Below, piece after piece: positions 29,932 to 40,278 of a stretch of 64,000 bases of DNA (position 1 is the first letter of the stretch; each line of letters opens with the position of its first letter). The translations under genes were made by a program, and so were the position numbers. The DNA is from an uncultured bacterium (GTDB taxonomy: Bacteria > Zhuqueibacterota > QNDG01 > DTFT01), in NCBI GenBank assembly GCA_963736115.1, contig CAVTNR010000002.1:1-64000 (forward strand). Direction: 5' to 3'. The notes beneath the pieces are model-generated. The model made no database searches, was not told the DNA's origin, and saw only the letters and a list, made by a program, of their open reading frames with translations.

Positions 29932-31119
29932 CTATTTGCCCGCTTCGTTCCGTCCCGCATCGATCCGCAGGATATCCCGTTCCGCCGCGGCCACCAGCTG
30001 CATGTTCAGGTATATATAATGGCTGCCGCCGTAAATGAGTTGGCCTCCGCAGTTCGTCGGCAGAATGCCCTTGTAGAAGGACGCCGCCGTTCCGCCGGGA
30101 AGAACCTGTAAGATCGGGTCGGTGGACCGGTTGGTGCAGACCACGATGTTCCCGTCCTGATCCATGACGAACGAAAGGATCTTGGCGTCCCCGTACCCGG
30201 CAACTTCCGTGAGGTCGAACACTTTCTCCTTCGGCGTGGCCGAGGAATAATCCGCCGAAATCACGGACTTCCACAGGCCCGTGCCGTCGGCCACGTAGAC
30301 GCTCCCCTGATAGCACTTCACCCAGACCGCGGTCAGATCGTTGAATTCCGTCAGTGACTTGCCGGTCAGATCGGGAAGGATGATCTGGATGCCGTTCTTG
30401 TCGCCCACGCCGACGGCCGCGCCGTTGGCGTCGAAATCAAAGCTTTTGGGCGCGGCCGGGAAATCAGCCAATTTCACCGAGTCTCCGCCTTCGGTCGGAA
30501 TCCGGTTGAGCGCCGTGCCCGCGGCTTCGTTCAGGTAAACCGCGCCGTCCGGTCCGGCCAAAATGCCTGCGTTCTTCTTCTTGGACTTGTTGGCCCCAAA
30601 CGTCGAGCCGGTCTCGGTGGCGTCGATCTTGGTGACGCTCTTGGTCGTGGTCAGAACGTATATGTTTTCCGTCCGGTCAACGCCCATGAATTGGATGAAT
30701 CCGGTCACGTTCTTGTTCCCGTACATCCGGTTCACGGCGTCCACGGCGTATCCCGGCAACTGTCCGATTCCGTAGGCGCCATCGACGAGCACCTTGACAG
30801 CCAGTCCGTCGCCCGCGATGTTGGGCCGAAGGATGGTGATCGACGACGCCGTGGCGGCCGTCACTTCGGCTCGCGCGGTTCCCACAAAAACCGTGTTCTT
30901 CGAAGCGTCCGGCGCGAAGCCCTGGCCGTTGATCGTGATGGAGTGGACGCCGGCGCCGGCCCGTCCATCGGGGCTCACGCCCGTGATTTCCGGAAACGTG
31001 CCCAGATCCGCGCCCGGGTTCCAGACCGAGGCCGGGCTATCGTATTCGCAGCCCGCCCACGCGAGCGCCAGAATGGCGAGCGCCAGAGGCAGCCGTTTGA
31101 TGAAGACATTGTGTTTCAT
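29932..31119 (-). CDS. IPT/TIG-domain lipoprotein with C-terminal beta-propeller
   Basis: Lipobox AWAG-C; PEITGVSP...ITINGQGF...NTVFVG IPT signature; NHL-like repeats. Confidence 0.8.
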   Translation of the reverse strand: MKHNVFIKRLPLALAILALAWAGCEYDSPASVWNPGADLGTFPEITGVSPDGRAGAGVHSITINGQGFAPDASKNTVFVGTARAEVTAATASSITILRPNIAGDGLAVKVLVDGAYGIGQLPGYAVDAVNRMYGNKNVTGFIQFMGVDRTENIYVLTTTKSVTKIDATETGSTFGANKSKKKNAGILAGPDGAVYLNEAAGTALNRIPTEGGDSVKLADFPAAPKSFDFDANGAAVGVGDKNGIQIILPDLTGKSLTEFNDLTAVWVKCYQGSVYVADGTGLWKSVISADYSSATPKEKVFDLTEVAGYGDAKILSFVMDQDGNIVVCTNRSTDPILQVLPGGTAASFYKGILPTNCGGQLIYGGSHYIYLNMQLVAAAERDILRIDAGRNEAGK

Positions 31120-31141
31120 GTGAAATCCCCTTTCCCGGATA

Positions 31142-32143
31142 TTAGAAGGATGCGCGCGCCGTAATGCGCTGCACCGAATCGAACACGCCGAACGGCGTGT
31201 AGGCATAATCGAAGCCCACGCCCTTGTATCCCGCGCCGATTCCGAACGAGAAGGAATCCTCGTCCTCCTCGGTGACGTAGCCGCCGCGCAGAGAAACCAG
31301 CTTGAACAGGGTGTAGTCCAGGCCCACCATCACCTGCTCGGGCCGCGAGCGGTAATGTGCGACATCCACGACCGCGAGCAGGGAATGATCGATTCCCCCG
31401 GTCCCGATCCAGTCCATCAGGTCGGCCGAGACGCCCATCGTGAACGTCAGCGGCAGCTGAAAGCCTTCGCGTTCAAACTTGTATTCCTTCGAGAAATTGC
31501 GGATCGACATGCCGAAGGTCAGGCTCTTGTACCCGGTCTTGAAATTGGTCCCGAAGTCGAAGGACAGCGGCGTGACCTCGTTTGTCTCCTTGTTCAGCGA
31601 ATCAACGCCAACCGGCAGCCAGTTTTCGCCCAGCTGCTGCTTGACCCAGTGCGCCTGCGCGCCGATCGCGAACCGATCGGTGAGGGAACGGGCATAGCCG
31701 AGCCCGACTGAAAAAGCCGAGGGCGAAAATTTGCCCAGGTCGGCGTATCCCCGGTCCTGCGACAGGTCCACCATGGTCCACTGCAGGTCCCCGTAGTCCA
31801 CGTTCTGCAGAGAGGCGCCGAAAACGCCGTACTTGCCCTTGAAGGGCCTGAAGGCGACGCTCATCTCGGTGTGCCGGATGTCGGCGAGCCATTCGTTCAG
31901 GCTGATCGAGAAATCGGCCGTGCCGTTCAGGCTGGCCATGCCCGCGGGGTTGAAGAACAGGCTGCCCGACCCCATCTCGAGCGTGGTGACGGCCCCGGCC
32001 AGGGCCATGGCCCTGGCGTCGGCCTTGACGTTCAGGAACTCCATGCCGCTCTGGGCCAGTTTTTTATAATTCTGGGCCGATCCGTCGGAAGCCAGGCCGA
32101 ACAGGATCAATCCGATCCCCAGAATGGTGAGATGCCTTTTCAT
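31142..32143 (-). CDS. PorV/PorQ-family (UPF0164-like) outer-membrane barrel
   Basis: FL....ARAMALAGA and LFFNPAG N-terminal motifs; FDYAYTPFG; C-terminal F. Confidence 0.8.
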   Translation of the reverse strand: MKRHLTILGIGLILFGLASDGSAQNYKKLAQSGMEFLNVKADARAMALAGAVTTLEMGSGSLFFNPAGMASLNGTADFSISLNEWLADIRHTEMSVAFRPFKGKYGVFGASLQNVDYGDLQWTMVDLSQDRGYADLGKFSPSAFSVGLGYARSLTDRFAIGAQAHWVKQQLGENWLPVGVDSLNKETNEVTPLSFDFGTNFKTGYKSLTFGMSIRNFSKEYKFEREGFQLPLTFTMGVSADLMDWIGTGGIDHSLLAVVDVAHYRSRPEQVMVGLDYTLFKLVSLRGGYVTEEDEDSFSFGIGAGYKGVGFDYAYTPFGVFDSVQRITARASF

Positions 32144-32176
32144 GGTCTTGTCCTCGCGTTTGGATTTGGGAGACCG

Positions 32177-34282
32177 TTATCGGATGATCACGAACTTTCG
32201 GAACGTCTTCTCGCCGTCGGGCGTCTCGAACACCGCGATGTAGAGCCCGCTCACCACGACCTGACGCGATGAGGTCACCGATTCCCAGAGTTCGTCCCCC
32301 GAGTTGTTGGTGTGATTCAGGGTCTTGATCAAATCCCCGCGCTCGGTGTAGATCTTGATGGTGCACTGGGGCGGAAGGCCGAAAAATGCGATCCGGTCCG
32401 GCTGATCGAACTGGATGTTCCGCGCGCCGAGGTGGAACGGATTCGGAACGATGCGGATGGAATCCAGCGAAGTCAGAACCGACGGCCGCCGGAGATACGC
32501 GGCCTGGTTCGTGACCGTATAGTACTTGCTGCTGACCAGCGGCGTGCCGGGTTTGACGTCGTTCTGGGACCCGTCATCCTTGCTCACGATGTAGTAGTAG
32601 TAGTTGAAGCCGCGCCTGGCCGTGGTGTCGTCGAAACGGTTGACGACTTGGTTCTTGTCGCACGAGAAGAGAAGATCGTACAGCGTATCGGGCCTGGCCG
32701 AAGCCCGGTAGATCTCGTACCCGTTGAAATACGGCCAGGATTCCGCGTTGGCCGCCCATTCCAGCACGATGCGGTCTCCGCCCGAGCTGACGGTGAAAGT
32801 TTCGGGAGGCGGAGGCGGCTGGGGGATCTCGAGGTTGTTGTTGTACGTATGGATCGCGCGCCGTAAAGTTTCTTTGATCGAATCCTCGGCCGTCCAGACC
32901 CAGGCGCGCTTATAGGCGTTCCGGTCGCTGCCGGTGGAGCCGTTCGGCAGGGTGAAAGGCGCGGCGTTGTTGAACCAGTTTGTGCCGACTTCCAGGCTCT
33001 TGCGGCGGGTCAGGCCCTGAACGCCTTCGGCCATGACGATGTGAACGCTCTGGCCGGGCTCCAGTGTGTAGGGCCCGTAGGACTGAATCTGGGCGGACCC
33101 TCCGATGCCGGGTCCGAACAGGTCGGCGAAATTGCCGTCACCGACCGCTTCGGCATGGGTCTTTTCCGGATGACCGGCGCTCATGGCCGCGTACTGCTGG
33201 TTCATCTGGTTGATGTTGTACGAGTCGATCCAGTTCATGATGTTGTCGTCCGTGTCCCACCACGGCGTGGACTTCGGCTGTTCGAGATCGTCGGACTTGT
33301 CGGTGGCCGACTTGTCCGCGTGCAGGGTCGCGACGCCGCAGAAGCCGGGCGCGCCGAGCACGCCGGGGCCGCCGTAATTGGGTTCGCCCCAATCGGCTTC
33401 GTAGCCCATCGACGCCTGCGAGTGCGGACCGTACCAGGCGTACGAAGCGCGCATTTCGAAAAGCGGGTCGGTCGGATCGTCGCCGATATAGTGGAGAACC
33501 GTGTTCCGGCCCCAGCTCACGTTGCCGGTGGAATGCCAGCCGCCGATGAAGCCCTGGTGGCCCGGAGAGTACCGGTTCGAGAAGGCGAAGTAGACGCCGT
33601 TCAGGGTCTGGTTGACCGGCGCGCCGCTTCCGTCCTTCAGGCCGACGTTGGTGAAAACGAAATCATAAATGTGATAGTCGTCATGGTTCTGCTGGCTGTA
33701 GGCGTAGATCGTGCGCTCGCACCGGACACCGATGTTCGTCTCCGTGACATTGACCAGGATGCGGTCCGCCGGCTGGTCTGGATTGACCTCGTCGACGATG
33801 TCGTCGAGCGTATTTTCCGTACCGTCGGCGCCGTCCACCACCACGATGGGATGGTTGAATTTGCCGTACAGCTTGAACTCGCCCGGCATGAAATTGGTCA
33901 GCGTGTTGAGGTAACGCGGCCCGGCCTGGCACACCTTGAACGGATAGGTGAGCCCGGTTTTCGGGTCGGCGAAGTCCGTGGCCCCGATCCAGAGAGAGCG
34001 GGAGTTTTGCGTGTCGGTGCGGTAATACAGGGCCTCCCACATCATCTCGTCGGCCTGCTGGGTGTTCTGCGCGGCCGCGCGGGAGATCAGCCCGTATTCG
34101 ATCTCCATGCCGGCGTTGGTGTACCACTGGCGCAAGTCGCCGATGCGGATCCACTTGACCTCATGGGGACCGGTGTATTCCTGGGCGGGCAGGGCCGCGG
34201 GAAGAAACGCCGCGGCGAGCGCGCACAGGACCGCCGCCCGGACGAACGCCCTGCCGAAACCGGTGATGTTCAATTTCTTCAT
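32177..34282 (-). CDS. Uncharacterised exported protein with FN3-like domain and variant T9SS-like CTD
   Basis: Signal peptide; PPPPP..V.SGGDRI.LEW..GYEIYR; IVPNPF...IKIYTERGDLIK...SGLYI...KFVIIR. Confidence 0.75.
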   Translation of the reverse strand: MKKLNITGFGRAFVRAAVLCALAAAFLPAALPAQEYTGPHEVKWIRIGDLRQWYTNAGMEIEYGLISRAAAQNTQQADEMMWEALYYRTDTQNSRSLWIGATDFADPKTGLTYPFKVCQAGPRYLNTLTNFMPGEFKLYGKFNHPIVVVDGADGTENTLDDIVDEVNPDQPADRILVNVTETNIGVRCERTIYAYSQQNHDDYHIYDFVFTNVGLKDGSGAPVNQTLNGVYFAFSNRYSPGHQGFIGGWHSTGNVSWGRNTVLHYIGDDPTDPLFEMRASYAWYGPHSQASMGYEADWGEPNYGGPGVLGAPGFCGVATLHADKSATDKSDDLEQPKSTPWWDTDDNIMNWIDSYNINQMNQQYAAMSAGHPEKTHAEAVGDGNFADLFGPGIGGSAQIQSYGPYTLEPGQSVHIVMAEGVQGLTRRKSLEVGTNWFNNAAPFTLPNGSTGSDRNAYKRAWVWTAEDSIKETLRRAIHTYNNNLEIPQPPPPPETFTVSSGGDRIVLEWAANAESWPYFNGYEIYRASARPDTLYDLLFSCDKNQVVNRFDDTTARRGFNYYYYIVSKDDGSQNDVKPGTPLVSSKYYTVTNQAAYLRRPSVLTSLDSIRIVPNPFHLGARNIQFDQPDRIAFFGLPPQCTIKIYTERGDLIKTLNHTNNSGDELWESVTSSRQVVVSGLYIAVFETPDGEKTFRKFVIIR

Positions 34283-34313
34283 GGTCGGTCTTCCTCAATC
34301 GATGGGTGAGTGG

Positions 34314-37300
34314 TTAAAACGAAACGTTGACGCCGAAGAAGATCTGCCTCGGATTCAGGAAATTGAAATACGTCTGGTTCGGCATGTCGATATAGGCCTT
34401 GTCCTCCAGGATCTTGTCGATCCGGGATTTCGGAACCTGCTGCCAGCCGCTTGCCCCGCTCTGCATGTACTTTTTGGACGAGGTTTCGTAATAGATCATG
34501 CCCGCGGCCGGGTTGGAGATATCGTTCACGATGGCGACCGACGTCATCGGCTGGAAGGCCACGCCGGTGCCCCGGAATTCGCCGACCCGGTCGTCTCCGG
34601 GAATATTGTCATAATCGGAGCTCTTCGGCAGGTGCAGCGACTGCATATAGAACAGGTAGTCGTTGGTGTCGTAGAAACCCGCTCCGGACAGTTTCTTCGT
34701 GTTGAACAGGTTGTCCACCTCGACGAAAAAGGTCCAGTTGAGGCCGGCCAGCGGGATCAGCTTGTTCAAGCGCAGGGAGAAGTTGGTGAAATCGGTGACC
34801 TGCACGTTGGAGACGACGTCCGCCTTGGAGTCCGGGTTGTAGGTGATGTACTCACCGGCCTTCCAGTTGAACAGCAGGTTCATCGTCCAGTTCTCCAGCG
34901 GACTGATATTCATCAGCTCGGGGCCGAATCCCTTGGGCGAATTCAGCACCAGGCTGGTCCGCGCGTAGGGCTGCGCGATCGGCTTCTGCTGGTAGAGGAA
35001 CGAGGTCCGCGTGCGGGCGTCGGAATCACGCTGACGCGAGACGCTCTGGAAGACGAACGGATTGCCGAAATACCCGTAGCTGGAGACCTGGTACGTGTAA
35101 TTGGCGAAACCGGACACCCAGCCCGTGTTCCTTTTCAGCGTGAGCTCGAACCCGCGCACGTCCGCGTAATTGTTGCTGTTGGCCGCGCTGTAGCTCACCT
35201 TGCCGTCCGCGCTGGTGTAGGTTGTGAAGGACTGCTGGCTGGAGATGTCGTGGTAAAACGCGGAGGCCTGGATCAGCAGGCCGCCCTGGCCGAACATCTC
35301 CTGGTCATAGCCCAGTTCGTACGAAACGGTTTTGGCAAGCGCCAGGTTGGGATCGCCGTAGTTCTGCATCTCGCCGCCGGCCCCGCGGCCGGTCCGGATC
35401 AGCTCCTCATAGGTGGGCAGCTGCTTGAAGTGGCCGTAATTGAAGTACAGCTTGGAGCTCTCGGTGATGGGATGCGAAATGCCGAGCCTCGGGCTGAGAC
35501 TGACGTCGGCCTTGGCTTTTTCGGTCCGGAACTCGGCGTCCTGGTTGTACAGGTAATTGCTCGCGAAGAACGTGACATCGAACGGATTGACGGGCTTGAT
35601 CCAGTCCGTGTTGGCGTTGCTGTAGTCGAGGCGCAGGCCCGCGTTCACGACAAAGCCCTTGGCCTCGAGCTTGTTCTGGGCGTACAGGGCGCCCCGGAAC
35701 GGGAACTTGTGCGACTTGTTCATGATCCGGAGGCCCGTGAAATTGTTGATGGACCCGTAGTACAGGTTCAGGTCGTTGTAGACGAACTCGACGCCCGCCT
35801 TGAACAGATTGTAGAAGTTCAATTGGCTGGTCATGTCGAACTTGAGGGTAATCGCCGAAATGTCGCTGGTGTCGCGGGACTGGCCCGAGTGGCCGCCGAA
35901 AATGTTGATGGCGCCGCCGACGCCGCCGACGGAGTTGGCGCTCCATCCGAAGGGAGCCTCATCCGTGAAATAACCGGGGATGATTTCCTGAGTCCGGGCG
36001 TAGTTTCGTTCCCGGACGGGGCCGGTCGTGTACTTGGTCTTGACGTATTCCAGCCGGCCCTCGTAGAAGGTCCTGGCGCTGAGCGTGTGCGTCAGCTTCA
36101 GGGAGCCGCCGGCGTGCCGCACGAAGGCCTCGGAGTACCAGGAGTCGCCGAACAAGCGGCCCGCGCGCTGTTCATTCGAAACCTGAGCGATGGACAGCGG
36201 ATCCGTCAGATACATGGTCGGCATCCAGTAGCGGGCGACGCGGGAATCGTTCGGCCCGAACTGGTTGTTCAGGTAGCCCGGTCCCTGGCCGTCGGGCATG
36301 AAGTTCCCAACCGCCGCGGCGAACCATCCGCCGTACTCGCTCGCGGTCAGCTTCATGTTCTTCTTGATGTCGGAGGTCAGCTGGACCATCCAGTTGTCCA
36401 CCACGTAGTCGTCGCGCGTCAAGGGCATGAGGAGCATCTCCCGGTCGCGCTTGAAGCTTCCGAAGAACCGCAGGTCCCCCAGCGCCTTGCTGACGAGCGG
36501 AACGGGGCCTCCGAAACCGGCGTCGATGTTGTAGTCGAACTGATCGTTGACGTCCGTTTTACGGTGCTCCCAGTTGAACAGCCGCTGGGCCCCCGACGGC
36601 GTGAGATCGTTGTTCGGATCCGAGTCGGAGAGCAGTTCACTGGACACCGCGTTCCAGCCCCGGAAATTCGGGTACTGGCGCTGGGTGTATTCGTCCCAGG
36701 CCCCGCTGGTGGTGCCGGTCCAGCACACGGCGTCATCCAGGTAGGGCCGCATCCACATGGAATTCTTGTCGAATACGGACTTGCCGAACTGTTTGGGGGC
36801 CGGCGGGCTGCCCTTGACGGTGAGGCCGCCGCTGTACCCCTGCTTGCCGCCTTCACGGGTCACGACGTTGATGATGCCCGACCGCACCTGGCCGTACTCG
36901 GCGTTGAATCCGCCACGCTCCATCGCGACTTCCTGAACCGCGTTCAGGGCCACGCCGGTGATGGGCTTGTTGTTGCGGGGATCGCGGAGCGTGGTGCCGT
37001 TGATCTGGAACAGCAGTTCGCTCTCATCGCCGCCCCGGATGGCCAGGCCCTTGTCGACGCCGGCCTGCAGCTGGACGAGGTCGTTCACCGTGGTCACGGC
37101 CAGGTCCTTGATCTCGGCGCTCGAGAAGGCCGACACGCTGGTGGCCACGTCCTGCTTCACCGCCTCGCGCTTGCCGCTGATGGTCACGGTTTCGCCGGGG
37201 ATGAGCTCCTGATCGAGCCGGAACTCGATCGGCGAAGTCTGGTCGATCCGGACCTGGACATCGGTCACCGTAACGGACTTGAAGCCCATGGCCCGCACCT

Positions 37301-37535
37301 GCACCGAATAAATGCCTGGCGGGACCTGCAGCACGCTGAATTCACCGTTTGCGTCCGTGGCCGCCCCGAGGGCCGTGCCGACCAGGATCACATTCGCGCC
37401 GTAATACGGCTGGCCCGTGGCCCGGTCGGTCACCTGTCCGGCAATCTTGCCGGTGGTGCCGCTCCACAACGGGATAGAGACGGCGAATGCCGTGCACACC
37501 ACGGCCGCCAATACCCATAGCCGTTCTCGTTTCAT
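34314..37535 (-). CDS. TonB-dependent receptor with N-terminal carboxypeptidase-regulatory-like domain
   Basis: GTTGKIAGQVTD, plug IRGG, GGFNAEYG, SPRLGISHP, YFNYGHF; ends NPRQIFFGVNVSF. Confidence 0.92.
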   Translation of the reverse strand: MKRERLWVLAAVVCTAFAVSIPLWSGTTGKIAGQVTDRATGQPYYGANVILVGTALGAATDANGEFSVLQVPPGIYSVQVRAMGFKSVTVTDVQVRIDQTSPIEFRLDQELIPGETVTISGKREAVKQDVATSVSAFSSAEIKDLAVTTVNDLVQLQAGVDKGLAIRGGDESELLFQINGTTLRDPRNNKPITGVALNAVQEVAMERGGFNAEYGQVRSGIINVVTREGGKQGYSGGLTVKGSPPAPKQFGKSVFDKNSMWMRPYLDDAVCWTGTTSGAWDEYTQRQYPNFRGWNAVSSELLSDSDPNNDLTPSGAQRLFNWEHRKTDVNDQFDYNIDAGFGGPVPLVSKALGDLRFFGSFKRDREMLLMPLTRDDYVVDNWMVQLTSDIKKNMKLTASEYGGWFAAAVGNFMPDGQGPGYLNNQFGPNDSRVARYWMPTMYLTDPLSIAQVSNEQRAGRLFGDSWYSEAFVRHAGGSLKLTHTLSARTFYEGRLEYVKTKYTTGPVRERNYARTQEIIPGYFTDEAPFGWSANSVGGVGGAINIFGGHSGQSRDTSDISAITLKFDMTSQLNFYNLFKAGVEFVYNDLNLYYGSINNFTGLRIMNKSHKFPFRGALYAQNKLEAKGFVVNAGLRLDYSNANTDWIKPVNPFDVTFFASNYLYNQDAEFRTEKAKADVSLSPRLGISHPITESSKLYFNYGHFKQLPTYEELIRTGRGAGGEMQNYGDPNLALAKTVSYELGYDQEMFGQGGLLIQASAFYHDISSQQSFTTYTSADGKVSYSAANSNNYADVRGFELTLKRNTGWVSGFANYTYQVSSYGYFGNPFVFQSVSRQRDSDARTRTSFLYQQKPIAQPYARTSLVLNSPKGFGPELMNISPLENWTMNLLFNWKAGEYITYNPDSKADVVSNVQVTDFTNFSLRLNKLIPLAGLNWTFFVEVDNLFNTKKLSGAGFYDTNDYLFYMQSLHLPKSSDYDNIPGDDRVGEFRGTGVAFQPMTSVAIVNDISNPAAGMIYYETSSKKYMQSGASGWQQVPKSRIDKILEDKAYIDMPNQTYFNFLNPRQIFFGVNVSF

Positions 37536-37621
37536 ACAACCGACCTCCTCAGATGGGAATGAAAGGTTACTGGTCTTGATTCTTCGTTCAGGCTTTCCGT
37601 TCAGGCATTTCGGTCCGGCCG

Positions 37622-38632
37622 TCAGGCCGACTTGCGGATGATCAGTTCGGTTTTCAATATTTTATGGACCGGAACGACAGGGCTGGACTGGTTCGCGATC
37701 TGGTCGATCAAAAGCTCGGCCGCGGTCCTGCCGATCTCGTACGCCGGCTGACGGACCGTGGTCAGCGGCGGTTCGATGAGTTCGGCCATGGGATTGTCGG
37801 TGAATCCCATGACAGCCATCCGGTCCGGCACGGCGATGCCTTCCTGCTTCAACCGGACCAGAGCGCCCATGGCCACCGGATCGGTCACGCAGAAGACCGC
37901 GTCCGGCCTTTCTCCGCCCTGCTCGAGCAGTCGGGACATGGAATCCACGCCGTCCTCCTCGTTCAGGCCGCCGCGAATGATCCATTCGTCCCGGAGGGGA
38001 TGACCGAGCCCGACGACCGCGTCCCGGAATCCCTCGAACCGGAGGCGGCAGATGCTCAGGAATTCGGGTCCGCCCAGGTGGCCGAACCGTCGGTAACCCT
38101 TTTGTACCAGGTATTCGCCCGCTCGGAAGGCCCCGTCGTAATCATCAACCACCACGGTGGGCGCATCAACCTCGCTGCAGACGCGGTCGAAAAAGACCAG
38201 GGGCACGCCCCGCTGTTTGAGCCGGTTGAAATGTTCGCAGGATTTCGTCGTCACGGACACGGAAATCAGAAGCCCCGCCACCCGGTGGGACAGCAGGACG
38301 TCGATGTTGCTCTTTTCCCTTTCGAAATCCTCGTTGGACTGGCAGATCATAACCGTGAATCCGGCCTGATAGGCCACGTCTGTGATGCCGGACATGATGG
38401 ACGCGAAGAAATAATGCTTGACCTGGGGGACCACGACGCCGATGACGAGGGATTGTTTCTGCTGGAGGCTTTTGGCAAGGGTGTTGGGATGGTAGTCGAG
38501 TTCACGGGCCAGGGCTTCTATCCGTTTGCGCGTTTCCTCGCTGATGTCCGGATGGCCGGACAGCGCGCGGGATACGGTTGAGACGGATACGCCCATTTTA
38601 CGGGCTATGTCCTTGATCGTAGTTTGTTTCAT
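37622..38632 (-). CDS. LacI-family transcriptional regulator
   Basis: TIKDIARKMGVSVSTVSRAL HTH; YHPN..A; PPLTTVRQP. Confidence 0.95.
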   Translation of the reverse strand: MKQTTIKDIARKMGVSVSTVSRALSGHPDISEETRKRIEALARELDYHPNTLAKSLQQKQSLVIGVVVPQVKHYFFASIMSGITDVAYQAGFTVMICQSNEDFEREKSNIDVLLSHRVAGLLISVSVTTKSCEHFNRLKQRGVPLVFFDRVCSEVDAPTVVVDDYDGAFRAGEYLVQKGYRRFGHLGGPEFLSICRLRFEGFRDAVVGLGHPLRDEWIIRGGLNEEDGVDSMSRLLEQGGERPDAVFCVTDPVAMGALVRLKQEGIAVPDRMAVMGFTDNPMAELIEPPLTTVRQPAYEIGRTAAELLIDQIANQSSPVVPVHKILKTELIIRKSA

Positions 38633-38775
38633 ATCTGATTGGGATACCGGGAGAGGGTTCGGTTTCGGCTGCGTACCGCAGGCCCGGATTGATTCGGGCG
38701 GAACGGCCGGATCACAGACCGGAACCGATCTTGCGGAACCGTTCACGCCCGGTGAAATGGGCGTACTTTGGTTCC

Positions 38776-38816
38776 GCAAACGTTTGCAAGATACGAAACT
38801 AATTTTTCTTTGTCAA
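38776..38816 (-). promoter_or_regulatory. Sigma70 promoter (TTGACA-17-TATCTT) with adjacent LacI operator GCAAACGTTTGC
   Basis: -35 at 38811-38816, -10 at 38788-38793, perfect palindrome with central CG at 38776-38787. Confidence 0.8.
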
Positions 38817-39223
38817 CGGGTTTTTCGTAAAATATTCCGAGCCTCGAATACTGTTACTTTACATAGAATAACTGTTAAGAACATCAATATAGTTGAATGT
38901 GACGGAGAAATCGGACCTCCCGAAGGTCCCCCGCTTCAAACGGTCCGGCTTTTTTACTTGACATTTAACTTATTCGAAATTATATTTAAGTATACCTACA
39001 TAAGGAACCCCATTATACTCCTCGCTATCTTTTTTCACACCTCTATTATTTAAGTCATTCGTAACTGTAAAAGACATTGCCTCTCTTGAGTTCCGAGAGA
39101 CAGGATTGTCTACCCATTATTATGGGAGGACCCGATACGCATTTCGGCTAACGGATGTCCGGCCCTGCCGGTCTTTCATCCCCATTCATCCGTATCACGC
39201 CCGAAAGGCGAAAGGAGGGTCCC

Positions 39224-40039
39224 GTGAACCACAGAATCCTTGCGGCCCCAATGCTGGCGGCCGTACTGCTTCTCCTGAATTGTGAACGCCAGAGAGAATA
39301 CCTCGTCGCAGGACCGACTTACGAGAAACGCTTGATTCGTTTCGGGGGGGTCGTTCTCGCCTATGATGAGCGCGGAAATGTCGCGGGAATCGATTCTGTG
39401 ATATCCGTTATCCTTGATTCGGCCCGCACCGTCCATGACATCCGTTCTCACCGGTTTTTCTACAACGAGAACAATCTCCGGGTGCGGGAGGACGTCCGTC
39501 AAGTTTACCCGGACAGTCACGTGGACGAGTATCAATACCAGTATGAGTATGACGCGAACGGCTTTCAATCGCGTGTCCACGGATTGAACAGGCGGAAGGA
39601 TGGATCCTATAACGCAAGCTTCGAATGGCTCGTGACCTGCGACAGCCTGGGCAGGCCCACGGATATCAGTTTTCTCTGGTCGGATGGGACGCTCCATCCT
39701 TACCGTCAATTCGAATGGGATGAGAGCGGAAACATGCGCGTGGAAAGAACGGATTTCCAGAACGACCTCGCTCAAACCGTCATCACCCGCGAATACGACC
39801 GTTCCCGGAATCCCTTCAGCGTGCTCAAGGGTGTGATGGAAGTCTTCCATTCATATAACCGGAATAACCCGGTGCGCATTTCCTGGACTACGGAATTCCC
39901 GGTCCCGTCTGATAGTGAGTCGTTTTACACGTATTCTTACGATGGATCAGGGTATCCCCTCGTCTGCAAAAGCCTCGGAGATGATGGGACAGTGTCCGAA
40001 ACGAAATACGAATACGAACCGGTTCCGGAAGCGGAATAA
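39224..40039 (+). CDS. Uncharacterised lipoprotein with YD-like beta repeats
   Basis: GTG start after AAGGAGG; lipobox LLLN-C; repeated Y-x-YD-x-x-G motifs and YD...NPF. Confidence 0.65.
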   Translation: MNHRILAAPMLAAVLLLLNCERQREYLVAGPTYEKRLIRFGGVVLAYDERGNVAGIDSVISVILDSARTVHDIRSHRFFYNENNLRVREDVRQVYPDSHVDEYQYQYEYDANGFQSRVHGLNRRKDGSYNASFEWLVTCDSLGRPTDISFLWSDGTLHPYRQFEWDESGNMRVERTDFQNDLAQTVITREYDRSRNPFSVLKGVMEVFHSYNRNNPVRISWTTEFPVPSDSESFYTYSYDGSGYPLVCKSLGDDGTVSETKYEYEPVPEAE

Positions 40040-40278
40040 ATCCGGACAGCCGGACCTCCCGGGGGCCGAAGGTTCCACCCTCGGGAGGTCCGATCCGGGC
40101 TGTAAAATAATATCACCCACCCTGCCGCCCCCACACAAGTCCTTGACTTTTTCCCTTTAATTGGTTAAATAAAATCGGTGGTTCTCCGGTCCGTCCGGCA
40201 TCCCATCCTTTCTTTATATATAGTCAGGAAGGTCCCAAGGGACCAGGCCATCAAATCTTTCAATTAAGGAAGGCCCCC

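Noticed and set aside
34062-37520. Long antisense ORFs (1152 aa here; also 6295-8088, 15723-17555, 26431-28731, 46044-48386)
   Set aside because: Shadow frames of real genes in GC-rich DNA, with no recognisable motifs.
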